From the human T2T-CHM13v2.0 reference genome, Homo sapiens: a stretch of 64,000 bases of DNA. The notes below the pieces were generated by a model. The model ran no database searches. It had not been told where the DNA came from and saw nothing but the letters and a program-made list of their open reading frames with translations. This document shows positions 17,403 through 33,866 of the stretch, one piece after another (position 1 is the first letter of the stretch; each line of letters starts with the position of its first letter). The position numbers and the translations under genes are program-made. The stretch is from the NCBI RefSeq assembly GCF_009914755.1, contig NC_060931.1; one strand, 5' to 3'.

Positions 17403-18509
17403 TACCTTATAAATTTTGATAGATATTACTAAATGGCTTTTCATGGAGAATAGAAACCAGTTTATATTCTCACCTGCAGTGGATGTGAGTAGCTGTTTCC
17501 TGCAACTTCATTAGCACTGTGTTATCAGACTTTCGGATCTTTCCTGTTCTGATGGATGAAAGGTGGTATGTCATTGAAGTTTCAATTTACATTTCTCTTT
17601 AAGGCCATTTGTATTTATTTCTCTTTCTATGTAAACTGGTGACATGCTCTGCGTACTTGCCTGTTGGATTGTTGGTCTTTTAAAAAATCAATTTGTTGGA
17701 GCTTTTTGTATATTGAAGAAAAAGGTCCTTTGTAATATGAATTGTGAATATTTCCCCCAATTTGTCATTTGTCTTTTGATTTTAATGTAGTTTAATAGAG
17801 CTTAATTTCTTAATAGTGTCTTATGTAGTTTGTGTCACATATAGGCCCTGTCCACTTTACGATTATTTTAAGTGATGGGTCTCTTTCAAATTTCTGCACA
17901 TCCTTTGTGTTCGGATCTCACTTCCTACTTTAATGGAAAAATAGAAGCTATTAAGACTTTCAACTTGCTCCTTTCCTTTTATTTGGAAAGGCATCCTGTT
18001 TCCTAAGTTGGTATTGATTTGTTATCTAATTCTCAGTGCCCTTATTATATTTCAGTGATGTTGCCACATTGATTCTTCAACTTCTCCCTCGGTTCTAACT
18101 TCACATTAGCCATTTAGGTTCTTGTCTCTTATGTTTGCTTATTTGTTTGTTTTAAAGAACCAGTTCTAGGTGTAGAAAAACAGACACTCATACGTTCATG
18201 GTGGAAGTGCAATCTTGGTGCAGTCAATTTGGAGGGCAGTTTGAGAGTTAATATCTCTCAAACCTAAAAATGTATGTAGTCTTTGACCAAATTATTTCAC
18301 TTTTTAGAAATGTACCCTATTGATATACCAAACATATATGAAAAGTATATACAAAGATATAAGTTACTGCAGTGTTTGTGATAGAAGAAGACTGGTAACT
18401 ATCTTTGTTATATTTTTCAGTAGTTATGTATCCATCTATGTTTCCATGCCTTTAATGCAGCCATTAAAATTCACACCATTCTGGGGACTATTTTTTGCCA
18501 TTTTTCTTT

Positions 18510-18777
18510 TCATTTTTAGAGACAGGATCTCTCACTGTTGCCCAGGCTGGCTCATCGCAGCCTCAAACTACTGGGCTCAAGCAATCCTCCCACTTCAGCC
18601 TCTCTGGTAGCTAGGATTACAGGTGCATTCTGCCATGCCTTGCTAATTATTTTTTTTTTTTAGAGATAAGGTCTTGCTTTGTTGCCCAAGCTGGTCTCAA
18701 AATCCTGGCTTCAAGTGATTTTCCCACCTCAGCCTCCCAAAGTGTGGGACTACAGGCATGAGCCACCTCGCCTGGCC
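18510..18777 (-). mobile_element. AluJ-like
   Basis: Antisense Alu consensus. Confidence 0.9.
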
Positions 18778-18786
18778 ACTAATTGA

Positions 18787-19169
<383 letters not shown>

Positions 19170-19233
19170 CCTTTTCCTCTGTTCTTTATGACTTTCTGTC
19201 CTGATCTGCCAGTTTAAAAAAAATAGTTTTTCA

Positions 19234-19562
<329 letters not shown>

Positions 19563-19974
19563 TTATAAAATTGTTTTTAACTTCCTCTTCCAATTCTTCT
19601 GTTGAAATTTTAAATTCCATTATTTTTAATTTCTAAGAACTGCTTTTACCCATTTGAGTTTTTTAAAAATTATGAATTGTTGAATTTTATCAAATGCTTT
19701 TTCTATATCTATTGAGATCATATGATATTTTCTCCTTTAATCCATTATGGTGGTAATTCTACAAAGTAGTATTTTAAATGTTTAATCACTCTTGAATACT
19801 TTGGATAAGCTTATATGATCATGCTTTTTTTACATTGCTGTGTTAGTTTGCTATTTTGTTCATGAGCTCATATTTTGTATATATATCTGTGTCCATGATT
19901 GAAATCAGTATATAATTTTCCTTTGTTGTACTGCCCTTGTCTGGTTTTGGAATCAAGGTTATGCTGGTTTGATC

Positions 19975-20483
19975 AAAAGTTGGCTGGGGCTGCAAATTAT
20001 ACTGACAAAAGACAAATTAACAAGAGAAAAACAAAGTTTTTCTTTTCTTTTCTTCAAAGTTTATGCATGGCACATACATAAGGAGAGCTCAGTGATGAGT
20101 AACTCAAAGAGGTAGTTAGAACTTGGGGTTACATAGCATCTTAGCAAAGAATAGAAATTTTTTAGAGAAGTGACAAGACAAAGGAAAAGGACATTGAGCT
20201 TCTAGGGGTAGCAAGTGTGGGAACACAAATATATGGAGAAACTAGGTAGATAAAGGCTAGTTAGCAAGGTTTGTTTGTGTTGACTCTCAGTGCCATCCTT
20301 TCTCCAGTGATGAGGCTTTTTATCTCCTTCCTGGTAAGGGAAGTGGTTGGGGGACACTTTCACAAGGGTAGAGGAAAGGTGGATGTGGGGAGGGAGGCTG
20401 AGAACTTCTGTGTCTGCTTTTTCTCAACTGCCTTCAGTGTGAAATAGTTCTTATGCCAGGGTAGCATACTCTGAACCCCTTCG
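19975..20483 (-). mobile_element. ERV1 LTR remnant (MER34-like)
   Basis: Reverse complement of the right end reads gaaggggttcagagtatgc...ggcataag...tgaaggcagttgagaaaaagcag. Confidence 0.6.
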
Positions 20484-22216
20484 TTAGAATTAACTAAAAG
20501 CATAGCATATAATTCTTTGGTACCACTTACCAGAGAAAGAAAGGGAAAGTATAGGAATGAAGAGATCTGGCGGCGGCAGTGGCTGGCAGGGTGGTGATGG
20601 AGGTGGGAGGCAGATGAAGATGGAATGGAGGACTGAGTATGTGTAAGTCATTGATAGCAGTAAAAGTGACTATTGTCCCCAAAGCTTTCTTGTCGAATGC
20701 CTGTGAATTTCGAGGGTGGGAATAACACACTCATGGTTATCATATGAAACCTATTTGTGGCAAGATAGTAGAAATAAAACAAACTGTGTAATCTGTCCAC
20801 GATCTTGAGAATTTACCAACACTTGGGAAAAAATAGCAAGTGCTTAAAGAGAAGAATATCAGTGTAAAGGAGCATGGACTACAAGTCTGTTAAGTGGTAC
20901 AGGCAGTAATTACAACCATTAAACCACTCAGAAGAATGGTTTATCTCCAGGGTTATAAAGGTAAAGCTTTATGTGGGAACCAGCATGTACTTTGGCATTA
21001 AGAGAAGGGAAGGAGAACAGAAAGTAAATAGAAAGAGTTTAATAAGAAGGAGACAGAGCAGGCATTTTAAACTGAGGAAATTATATGCAAAAGTACAGGG
21101 GTGGAGTTGGGAAGGGACACCAGTGTTGAAGTATTCCTGTTACTTGTTGGTATCATCATTCACCCTATCAGCTGGTAGGAGAGCACCAGAAACCCAAGTC
21201 TTCTTAGACTCCTCCTCCCCATTAACTCAAAGGTAATATCCAGAAGAAACAAAGAACATTTGTGGAAGGAGAGTAAGAGTCATGACTCAGTTTTGATCCT
21301 AAGTGACCAGAATAATAGATTTTAAAAATATATGGGTAGGGAGGTAGTTTGAAGGAGACAATAATGAAGAGAGAGACCCTTTCCTTTAAAATAGGAATAA
21401 AGAAGCAAAAGGTAGGTGAATATACCAAGAACTTCCAATTAAAAGATGAGGGAACTTGTAGTAATCTCCCTTCTGTGTGTTAGAGAATGCGGCTATGTAG
21501 CTTTGTACCTTGAGGGACTTAACAAGGGTTAATTATAATCAACTGTTGAAACACACTGTTCTAAACGCAGTATTATTCACTTGCCACCTATTTTGGGAGT
21601 TCATGTATAAGCATATAAAATTACCATTAGACTGTTTCAAAGTGGTAGACCTTATTTTAAAGTAAGAGCATTTATTTTACATGTTTAAAATAAGGGATAT
21701 GTAAATCTTTCCTTTCTCCCTACTCACCTCTGTTCACCACAGGCAGTCATTGTTGACATCATCTTGTGCTTCATTCTAGAAAAATTTGGCATATATGTAT
21801 ATAATATTACACGTTATGTGTTACAAGTATATATTAACATACATATCTTGATAATGTATTTATACTATGTATCTTGAAACAATTTCATTTACATCTTTTA
21901 ATTATGTGAAATCTTTTCTCTTTTCCTTTGGCCTCTGGCCCCATTTCCTTTATATAGGGAAGTATACTATGGGGATATAAATTCCAAATACCTGTTTTGT
22001 TTGTCTATCCAATTTTCTATTTCATTGCATTCACATTGGATTAAAGTTGCTTAAAATAGCAAAACATTTTCCTTTTTTATTTAAAATTTTTTGTCTTAAA
22101 AAGCATGAGGAGAAGGCATGGAAATATTAGTCACATTTCTTGGTATTCAATATTCCTGTGAGTAGTGTTTATTAAAAGCTCATCTTTCTTGCTTGGCATA
22201 TCCGTACAGTTTCCTC

Positions 22217-22232
22217 CCACTAGAGGGCACTA
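22217..22232 (+). promoter_or_regulatory. CTCF core motif
   Basis: CCACTAGAGGGCACTA closely matches the CTCF consensus CCASYAGRKGGCRSYA. Confidence 0.6.
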
Positions 22233-22479
22233 GGATATTGTTTGTTTTTAGTGGTCTGTTTATGATGAACTTAGCATTAATTTTCATATGTTTTCTTATT
22301 TGTCCTGCATTATAATAGGAATTAAATTGTCATGCTGATGTCACTTTGTTAGCGATATATGGACAATTAAGGCACCTTCCCTGCTATCAATTATGACTTC
22401 GAAGACTATTTTGTGCTTAATACTTAAGAAGAAAGGGAGAGGGGGAGCTTAGAGCAATGGGAAGTTCCAGAAATAGACC

Positions 22480-23540
22480 TCTACCTATAGAATGAACTGG
22501 ATTTTGAAAAAGAAGCCAAGATAATTCTGTGGGGAAAAATTTTTCTTTCCAACAAATGGTGCTGGAACAACTAAATACTGTTTGGGGGCAAAGTGAACTT
22601 TGTTTCTGATCTCATTCCAAGTATAGAAGTTAACTCAAAATGGATCATAGACTATAGAAAAAAACAAAGGAGAAAATCTTCATGACCTTGGGGTAGGCAA
22701 AACTTTCTTTGCACACAAAAAATACTCTAAAAGAAAATGTTTTGATAGAGTTCTCCAAAATTAGAAACTTCTATTCAAAAGACACAGGTAAGTAAATAAA
22801 AAGGCAAGCACAGACTGGGAGAAAATATTCACAATACATATACAGAAAAATGACTGGTATTTAGAATTCATATAAAGGAATCTAAAACTCAGTAATAAGA
22901 TAATCTAGTTTCTTAAATGGAGGAATGATTTGAACAGACATAGCACAGTACATACTATATGAATGCTAATAAGCATATAAGATACTCAACACCACGAGAG
23001 AAGTGCAAATTAAAACCACAGTGAGATACTGCACACCTGCTAGAATGGCTAAAATTAAAAAGAGTGACAATAGCTACTACTGATGAGGGTGTGGGACAGT
23101 TGTAATGATCATGCATTGCTGGTGTGAAACAGTTTATTATAAATTTAATATATTCTTACCAGGTGACCCAGCAATTTCACCCTTACCTATGCATTTACCC
23201 AAGAAAATGAAGCCCATTGTTCACATGAAGACCTATACACAAGTGTCCATGACAGTTTGATTCATAATGGCCCCAAAGTGGAAACAACACCACATGTCCA
23301 TCAATAAATGAATGGATAAATAAAGTATGGTACACCCATGTAATGTGCTATTCAGCAGTAAAAAAGAATGAACTACTCATATAACAGTATGGATGAATCT
23401 CAAAAACATTAAATGAAAGAAGCTAGATATAAAAGAGTATTTTATGATTCCATATGATTTGTATGACGTTCCATAAAAGGCAAATCTATCTATAGTAACA
23501 GAACAGATCAGTGGTTGCCTCGGGTTGTGATAGTAGTGAG
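22480..23540 (+). mobile_element. L1M (MD/ME-like) 3' fragment
   Basis: aacaaatggtgctggaacaac, tgcaaattaaaaccaca, tgtccatcaataaatgaatggataaa motifs. Confidence 0.85.
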
Positions 23541-23708
23541 ATGAGTCAGCAACAAAAGAGAAAATAAACTGAAGTAACCAAAAATTATAAGTGTTATGAA
23601 GGAAACAAAGCAGGTGGCAGTATGTATAAAGGCCCTAAGTTGGAAAAGAAGACTGTTGATGGAGTATAGTGAACAAAGGAGTGAGTGGTGGGAGAGCTAA
23701 ATAAGCTA

Positions 23709-24179
<471 letters not shown>

Positions 24180-24699
24180 TTACATCAGACATTTTTCTGT
24201 TTTCTTACATTTATTTTCTTTTTTATATATAAAGTAAGTCTGCCACCTGAAGGTGAAGAAGTTGAGGGGACAAACATACAGTATTCTTTTTGGGAGAGGA
24301 TAGGGGAGTATGTGCCTACTAAAGAAACTTTGTAAGATGACTGAAGAACTATCGATGCTCATTAGATGTTTAGGAAGGTGATTTTAATATGAAACCTGTC
24401 AGCTTAGTCACACATGGTTTTTCTCTTGCAACATGTAACTGCTTGGGCCCAAACATGGAATTAATTAGTATATGTCATCAGAATTTAGGTTTTGCCTGGC
24501 AAAAATAATGAAGAGAGTGAAGGTGTTGTTGTGGTTGGCTTGCTTTAGTCTAGACCGTTGATGACTGAGTGAAGGTGTTTCTAGAGTCACATTATCAAGA
24601 TGGACAGGAAATCTAGGCTAGAAAAGAAGGAAAATGAAACTGGGAAAGAGTTCATGAATAGGAAGACAATGATAGGATCATTGGCTGGAGAACACAGAA

Positions 24700-25050
24700 T
24701 TATATACTGGGGCCATTTCTGCAAATGAAGTGGTAGGATAGGATGAAGTGATCTCAGAGTGACTTCCAGGTTTCCGAAATAGAGGCTCAATTATTGACAT
24801 AGGTAATCCTAGAGGAGGAAGAGCAGGTTTGGGGGGGTAAGATGATGAGTTCAGTTTTGGACAGGCTGTGTTTGAGGAACCTGTGGGATGTATAAGTGGA
24901 GATGTCCAATGAGCAATTAAGTATATAGATCTGAGAGATCTGGGCTGTCTAAGTAGAGATTTAGCAGTTATCAGCATATAGATGATAACTGAAACATGGT
25001 AACAGAAAAGATTATCAGAGAGGATTTGTGGGATAAGAGAAGGTAAGGGT
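24700..25050 (-). mobile_element. L2 fragment
   Basis: gatgagttcagttttggacagg...gtggagatgtcc motif. Confidence 0.7.
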
Positions 25051-25279
25051 GTGTAATTTCCTTTTTCTACAACCAGAGTGGTTGTGGTGGTGGTTGGTAT
25101 TTGGTTTTGTTCCTTTTCCTTCAGTATTTTGTCTCCTTTTTCAAATAAATCCTAGGAAATACAACATGGAATGATGGTAAGAGCAGAGTTAAAGTCCTGT
25201 CTTTGCTGTTTCCTACTATGTGCCTTGAGTAGTTAAACTTCTCAGAGCCTCAGTTTTTTCAACTGTTAAAAACAGTGGT

Positions 25280-26412
25280 ATCAAAAGAATGAGAAGACAA
25301 ACCACAGACGGAGAGAAAATATTTGCATAAGACCTATATGATAAAGGACTGTTATCCAAACTATGAAAAGAGCTCTTAATAATAAGGACACAAACAACCT
25401 GATTAAAAAGTGGGCAAAAGACATGGATAGAAAACTCACCAAAGAAGATATATAGATGTCAAATAAGCATCTAAAAAGATGCTCAACATCATATGTCATT
25501 AGGGAAGTGCAAATTAAAATCATTTGAAATACCACTACTCATCTATTAAAATGCCAAAATTCAGAACACTGATAACACCAAGTTATCAACACCTAATGAG
25601 GATGTGGAGCAAAAGGAACTGATTCGTTGGTGGGTATGCAATATTATACAGCTACTTAAAGACAGTTTGGTAGTTTCCTAGAAAACTAAACATATTCTTA
25701 CCATACAATCCAGCAATTCCATTCCTTGGTATTTACCTAAAGGAATTGAAAACTTATATCCACACAAAAACCTGCTCACAGGTGTTTATAGCAGCTTTAT
25801 TTATAATTGCCGAAATTTGGAAGCAATTTTAAAGATGTTCTTCAGTAGGTGAGTGGGTAAATAAACTGTGGTACATCCAGACAATGGAATATTATTCAGT
25901 GCTAAAAAGAAATTAGTGATCAAGCTGTGAAAACATATGATAGAAGCTGAAATGCATATTACTAAGTGAAGTAAGCCAACCTGAAAAGGCTACATACTGT
26001 ATGATTCCAAATATGTGACCTTCTGGTAGAGGAAAAATATGGAGACAGTGAAACGATCAGTGGTTGCCAGGGGCTGGGAGAAGGGAAGGATAAATAGGCA
26101 AAGCACAGATTTTTAGGGCCGTGAAATCATCCTGTATAATGCTACAATGATGGGTACACATCATTATACATTTGTCTAAACTCATAGAATGTATAACACC
26201 AAGAGGGAACCCAAATGTAAACTGTGGACTTTGGGTGATAAAGATGCGTCAGTGTAGGCTTATTGATTAACTGTAACAGATGTACCACTCTGGTGCAGGT
26301 TGTTGACAGTGGGGGAAACTATGTCTTTGACGGGCAGAGGGTATATGGGAACTCTCTTTCTCCTCAATTTTGCTGTGAACCTAAAACTGCTCTTTAAACG
26401 TCTATTTTTAAA
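25280..26412 (+). mobile_element. L1MC-like 3' fragment
   Basis: L1 ORF2 C-terminal/3'UTR motifs ending tgctgtgaacctaaaactgctct. Confidence 0.85.
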
Positions 26413-28299
26413 AACAGAACAGCTGTGATATGAAACTGCATGGAGACAGGTCAAATAACTAAGGACTACTGGTCTAAATTCAGAATCACCCTCAGCTGTA
26501 TAGGTATTTATGTGTTCACTTGTGGCTTAGCTTACTGCTGCTTAATGGGAAAGTTTTGCTTCCCTTCCTCACCTCTGTTTTTTGTTTTTTTGGTTTTTTT
26601 CTTTACAGTGATAGTGAACAATTACAGTCCTTGGAAAGACTGAATTATAGCTTAATGAATGTACAGATACAAATGTCTGGATGTTTATATTGCCAGGGGT
26701 AGAAATGACGAGGGAAAACATGCAACCCCCACAATTAAAAGGCGTTTATTTCACTATTCTAAGGAATATTTGAATCTCCTTTCAGTTGTATCCCTTACCT
26801 TGTTTACTTTACACCCAAGTGGCATTTCATACTTGAAAGCTTTTCAGATAGATATTACAGTACCAATCTACTTTGGGTACCAGGACCTCCTTCCCCTGTG
26901 GATTCCAAAACAATTTCTGAAAATATGGGAGAAGGATCTTCAGTTATACCCACGTATACAAAATAGCATATGTCTGGATTAAAGATACATCTGGAAATTT
27001 ATCCTACAGATATTCTCACACATGTAGAATATTCACTACAGCATTATACATTCATATGTAGAATGCATTACATTCACATGTAGAAGGATATTCACTACAG
27101 CATTGTATCATGGTGATAAACAAATAGCACAAGGTAGGAGCAATCTAAATGTCCGTTGGCAGGGAACTGGTTAAATAAATATTGGTATATCTATAAAATA
27201 GAACAATGTGCAGAAGTTAAAAAGAGTGAGGCAACTCTGTATATGGATAGTGAAAGTCTTCAAGATAATGTTGAGGGGGAAAACTGGATGCAGAACTACA
27301 TGTATGATATGCTACCATCTGTGTAGAAAAAGAAACAATAACCCCCCCCCCACACACACACATACATGCTTTTATGAAAAGAATGTCTCTACAAGAATGC
27401 ACAAGTAAGATTTCTCTCTAGAGAGGATATTCAGGTGCTGAAGGAAAAGGGTAGAGACTTTTCACCATATACTCTTTATATCTCTTGAACTTTGTGCCAT
27501 AGTTAAAAACAAATGAAGAAATAAAATTCAGATTTTAGAAACCTATCTTATGGGATTATCATGAGGATTAAATGAGTCATGTATATAATCTAATGCATTG
27601 TCTGGCATGTAGTTAAGTATATAATACTTACTAAATATGATACTTACTAGCCGTTGTTTGTCCCTTCCCCTCCAGTTCCATAATTGCTGTTTGGAGGGTT
27701 CACAGGATTTATTTTCTTCACCTAGGCCAAGGATTGTTAACCTGAATGGATCAATGAACCTTTGAAATTGCAAATTTTGTATAAGCATATGCTTATTCCA
27801 GACTTTCCAGATTCTAGAGAGAAGAGGGTCTGTGACTTTAATCAGATTTGCTAAGGAAGGGAAGGTCCCATGGCCCTAAAAAGTTAAAACACACTAACCT
27901 AAGCTGTTTTGCTATTTTATGTTTCTTTCCACCAGAAAATACTCTGCTGTCAGATCGTTTTCTCTTTACAGCTAGGAAGAGACTCTGGCTGACTTTTATT
28001 CCTCACAACTTTTATCTTTTCTAAATATATCATGTCTAGGCAAGTAATTTAAACTTTCTAGGTCTCAACTTCTTAACTGTAAAAAGAAGTGATTGATCTG
28101 GACAAATTCAAAGGTTCCCTTCATCTTGAAAATGTTTTGATTCTATCTAGGTTTACTCTGTATGGGCTTTAAAAATTAGAAATATTGTCATAAACCAAGA
28201 AAAACCCTTATGCTAAGAATAATCTTTAGGTAGAGACCTAAATCTTGACTGAGGGATAAAATTGGAGGTTTGTATATACAAATATAAGAACTTATGTCA

Positions 28300-28621
28300 G
28301 GCCGGGCATGGTGGCTTATGTCTGTAATCCCAGCACTTGGGAAGGCTGAGGCGAGAGAATCACCTGAGGTCAGTTCGAGACTAGCCTGGCCAACATGGTG
28401 AAACCCCATCTCTACCAAAAAAAAAAAAAAAAAAAACCCACAAAAATTAGCCAGGCGTGGTGGCACATGCCTGTAATCCCAGCTACTCAGGAGGCTGAGT
28501 GAGGCAGGAGAATTGCTTGAACCCGGGAAGCGGAGGTTGTAGTGAGCTGAGATGGCATCATTGCATTCCAGCCTGGGCAACAATGCAAGACTCTGTTTCA
28601 AAAAAAAAAAAAAAAAAAAAA
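28300..28621 (+). mobile_element. Alu (AluS-like) with expanded central A-tract
   Basis: Sense Alu consensus. Confidence 0.94.
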
Positions 28622-29297
28622 GCGTATGCCAACCTGATTCCATATAGAACAGCCATGGTTTATTTTCACATTAGCAATAAAGCTACCTTACTAAAGAGAT
28701 AGGGCTATGTAAGATGCCCTGGTAGTCCTGTTGACATCTCTGTAAAACCTCTCCCATCTCAAGGTCTTTTCTCTGCTTTGTTTTGGGAAAAGGGGAGAAT
28801 AGTAGAACCAGTGAGTTGTAGTTCTACACTAATAAAAAATGCCTCTATCAATATTGATCATTATCTGTTACTTGATTGAAGTCCAGATCATAGTTCTTAT
28901 TTATGAAAAACCAATCTGCATACTTTAACTCAGATGTACATTTAGTTATTCATATTATTGTACAACTCAATTACTCAGAAACATTTGTCCCAAATTTATA
29001 CTGTGGTCATTTTTGCCTATTGCTTCAAAAGGCTTTATAGAAGATGGGATTCTTGACTTACAAGGCAGTTCAGGGTTAATCCATTCAACAAGCATGTGAA
29101 GATAAGGGCATTTCAGATAAAGCATGCAGAGGTACCTGGATTCAGGTTTTAGCTCTGTGTCTTATGAGCTCTGATCTTGGGTCAGTCACTTATCCTGTCC
29201 ATACTTGTTTCCTCAGTTGTGAAATGGTGATAATAAAAGCACCTACTGTATAGCATTATAAGGATTAAATGAGATAATACATGCCAAAGCAACATAG

Positions 29298-29952
<655 letters not shown>

Positions 29953-30127
29953 CCGGCCTAATTTCTTTTTTAAAAGCAAACAATTCATCCTTAAGTATTA
30001 GAAATAGCATAAATTTTATTTTATTCTAGAATATTATTAAATTCTAAAATAGCAGTTTTAAATAATTTTAAATTTATGAAAGTTGAAAAAAGTTTTGAAT
30101 TTTATTTTAAAACAAGTCAAAGATATA

Positions 30128-30485
30128 TACTTATTTTTGGTGTTTCCGCATAGGCATAAGGAACACTTTTGGATTTTAAAAATAACAACTTATTGGATGA
30201 TAGTGAAGTTACAGAGATTATAGTAGGTATACCTGGAGATACCAGCAGGAACATAGTAGAAATAATAAGCCAAAAACACTTTTATTTATACTGTAACCAA
30301 TCTCCTTGGAAAACTTTAGAAAACACAAAAATATACAAGCATACATTCCATTTATTCAGCCTGATGACGTCATCACACATACAGCCTCTGGAAAACCCCA
30401 CTCTACACTCAAGAGAGAATGAAAAGTGAAAAAGACAAAGGACATTTTAGTATTATGAAAATGCTTTTGACCTCAAAAGCCCCTG
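30128..30485. mobile_element. hAT-Charlie DNA transposon relic (MER119-like)
   Basis: cagcctctggaaaac..actc..gagagaatga...tagtattatgaaaa..ttttgacctc motif. Confidence 0.6.
30362..30375. promoter_or_regulatory. Perfect palindromic CRE/ATF site
   Basis: TGATGACGTCATCA, a 14-bp palindrome containing TGACGTCA. Confidence 0.4.
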
Positions 30486-30694
30486 AATCAAAGGGAAAGG
30501 TGAAAAGGAAATCGCCATTGGCAATGGTAGAGGCTATGGAAGATTGGGTCTTGCAAAATTTATTAGAAGACGTTTCTGAAGAGAAGACCTTCTGAGGCAC
30601 CCCTTTGCAGGTAAAAAAACATTCATGTCCTCTTTCTCCACAAAGCTTTTGTTAATCACCAGACCTCACAGTGGTCTCGCAGCACCTCTTAAAG

Positions 30695-31322
30695 CAGTGG
30701 TTCTCAAAATGTGGTCCATGGACTCCCAGGAGTCCCTGATACTGTTTTTCAAGGTCTGTGAGGTCAGAGCTGTTTTCATAATAATACTAAGGTGTTTGCC
30801 TTTTCTATGGTGTTGACATTTTGCACTAATGGTATATAAGCAATGATAGGTAAGTAATTAATAACCATTAGTTATTGTATTTGTCATTGGTGTGTACTTG
30901 CAGATAACATCTTTCTTCCAGTTTCACTTAGAATGTTTTTGATGAAGCCATTAAAATGATTAGTTTTATTAAATATCAATCCTGGAGTATAATTTTTTTT
31001 TTAATGAACTGGGAAGTACACATAAAGTACTTCGGCTGCATGCTGAAATATAATGGTTGTCTTGAGGGAAAGCATTCCTGATTGTTTGAGTTGCAAACTG
31101 CACTAGGCTCCTTTTTTTAATCATGTATCTCTTTTACTTTACAGAGAGACCATGGTTATTCAGGTTTGGGCATCTGGCAGATATTTTCTTGAAAATGAAC
31201 GAAGTGAGCCTGTCTCAAGGAAACTGACAGTATTTGTTGTCAATGATAAAATTCAAGCTTTCAAATGGAAATTAGAATTTTGGAAAACCCAAACCCGCCA
31301 CCATGAGCTTGACAGCTTCCAG
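30695..31322. mobile_element. Charlie1-family DNA transposon fragment
   Basis: Starts with hAT TIR cagtggttctcaaa; Charlie1 internal motifs (aaaatgaacgaagtgagcctgtc, atgataaaattcaagctttcaa). Confidence 0.75.
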
Positions 31323-31329
31323 TCAAGCT

Positions 31330-33450
31330 GTCCCCGGTGTAGACCTCGTATTTGAGCTCCAGACTCTCACTCTACCTATCTATATATATACTGTGTCCAC
31401 ATAAATGTTTCATATTCTAAATTTAACATGTCCACAATGGAATTTTTTATTTCTCCCACAAAACTTTCTCTCTTTCACCCTGCCCCAATTTTTCTCATCT
31501 TAGTAAATCACCTCCAACCCAGTTGTTCAAACTAGAATTGAAGTCATTATTTCTTTTTCCTCACCTCCTACGTCCAATCCGTTAGCAAGTCTTTTGAGTT
31601 CTGCTGTTAAGATAACCTCAGATCTGCTTGCTTTTCTCCACCTTTGCCATTAGCCTATTCCAGGTTACCATCATCTTGCACTTGATCTCCTGCATCAGGT
31701 ATCTCATTGGTCTTCCCTTCTTGCCTGTCTCTAATCCATTTTCCACACAGCAGCAGATGTAAATAGAAATTATTTCATGTCACTCCATTGCTTAAAATCC
31801 TTTAATAATGCCCATTATACATAGAATAAAATTCAAATTCCTTAGCTTATAAGGCCTTTCATGTTTAGGCCTTTACCTCCTCATTCTTTTTTTTTTTTTT
31901 TTTTTTTTTGGTGCAGAGTTTCTCTCTTGTTGCCCAGGCTGGAATGCAATGGTGTGGTCTCTCGGCTCACTGCAGCCTCTGCCTCCCGGGTTCAAGCGAT
32001 TCTCCTGCCTCAGCCTTCTGAGTAGCTGGGATTACAGATGGCTGCCACCACACCTGGCTAATTTTTGTATACTTTTAGTAGAGATGGGGTTTCACCGTGT
32101 TGGCCAGGCTGGTCTCGAACTCCTGACCTTAGGTGATCCACCTGCCTCGGCCTCCCGAAGTGCTGGGATTACAGGGGTGAGCCACCATGCCCGGCCATTC
32201 TTTACATTCTTTACATTCTTTACAACCTCATTCTCCCTTTCATTCACTAAATTCCAGCCACACAAGTAATCTTTCTATTCCTTAAACATGCCAAGTTCTT
32301 TCTTACATCAGGGGTTTTGCAATTACTATTTTCTTTCTTTCATATAGCAAGCTTTCTCTCATCCCTCTGGTCCTAGTTCAAATGTTATCACCTTAAAACT
32401 GCCTTTCTTGATTATTCTATCTAAGGTAGTTTCTTCCTTTTATACCTTATTTAGCCTCTTGGTCATTTCCTGTATAACAGCATAAATTTAATTATTTCAT
32501 CTATCTATTTACTTAATTTTTTATCCGTCTCCCTTATTAGATAAAAATAAGCAAATAATTTTAGATGTGTTAAGATGGAGGTGCCTATAGGAATATCATA
32601 CAGTGACGCCATCTAGTAGGCCACTGTCTGGAACTTAAGCTCAGAGGGAGATGTTATTAATAGATACAGAGTTTTGGAAATTACCTGTATGTTAATAGTA
32701 AATGAAGCCATGGATACAGGTAAGAGGAAGATTTGACTGAAGAGGACACAGAGACTAGAATAGAATCTTCAAGAATTCCCACATTTGAGGGACCAAAAAG
32801 AGAAGCCCAAAGGAAACTGAGAATGAAGATATTTTGGAGATCAAAGGAAATATGAGTATAATATCAGAAAAGCCAAAGGAAGAGAGTCTTTCAAGGAAGA
32901 AATATTAATAACTGTGTCAAAATCCTGAGAAGTAAAGTAAGCTGAGAAGTATCCAATAGGCGTAGCAATAAGGACATAGTAACCATGGCATGAATAATTT
33001 CAGTGGATTGGCAAGACAAGACAGACCATAATAGATTGAGGACTGAATGGAAGGTGAAGAGTTGTGGATATACTGTAATAAGTTTAGAAAGCCAAGGAGT
33101 TTGGCATTGAAGGCAATCAGTCCCCAAGAAGGTGAGAGAGAATTTGATCCAGAGCACTGGTGGAAGGATAGATTTTGATGGGAAGAGAGGATCTTCCATT
33201 AAAACAGGAGGGAGATAGGAGAAGATGGATGTGGGGAAGTTTATAGGTTTGAGTATTGAGAAGTTGGAAAAGAAATTGTTTCCATTTAATGATTTTAGTT
33301 TTTTCTGTAAAATAAGAGTAGAAGTAATATACTGAGAGTAAGGGATGTTATAGCCAGACATTTGAGAAAGTATAGAACATTATGACAGCTGGTATGGAGA
33401 CAAGAAGAAAGGGCTGAGTAAGGAAATGTAACAGGATTACTAGGTTGTAT
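31330..33450. mobile_element. L2 fragments (sense about 31330-32540, antisense about 32560-33450)
   Basis: L2 motifs such as tccacacagcagc, cttaaacatgccaag, gaagccatgga...; interrupted by an Alu. Confidence 0.65.
31887..32196 (-). mobile_element. Alu (AluS-like)
   Basis: Antisense Alu consensus. Confidence 0.94.
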
Positions 33451-33866
33451 TGACCTGTGTATCTGGGTTGTTTTCAGCAGCAGAACAGTCCAGGCGTAGG
33501 CATGACCATTTGGTAATGGTAGTCTGCCTATGTATGGTTCCTTGCAAGTCTTCACTGTGGATGACATTGAGTAAGACTTGCTCTTGCAACCGAACATAGA
33601 CTCTGGTTAACACTACAATGTCAGCATTGCATTAAGAAGATAGATTGAACTTCCTTCCACTTTCTCTGTCACTGCTAGACTTGGCAGAAGATTTTGACTA
33701 CAGCATCTTTACCTTGTAGAGAACTGCACTTAGAAGCAAAGTTGAAGTGATTTATGGACCTCACAGAAGGGATTTATAGCTCCCGTAGGAAATAATTGGC
33801 TCATGACCTTTAAAATTAGAGGAAATTTGCCTTGGAGTCATCCAGAGCGAGTGAACACAGCAGCAC

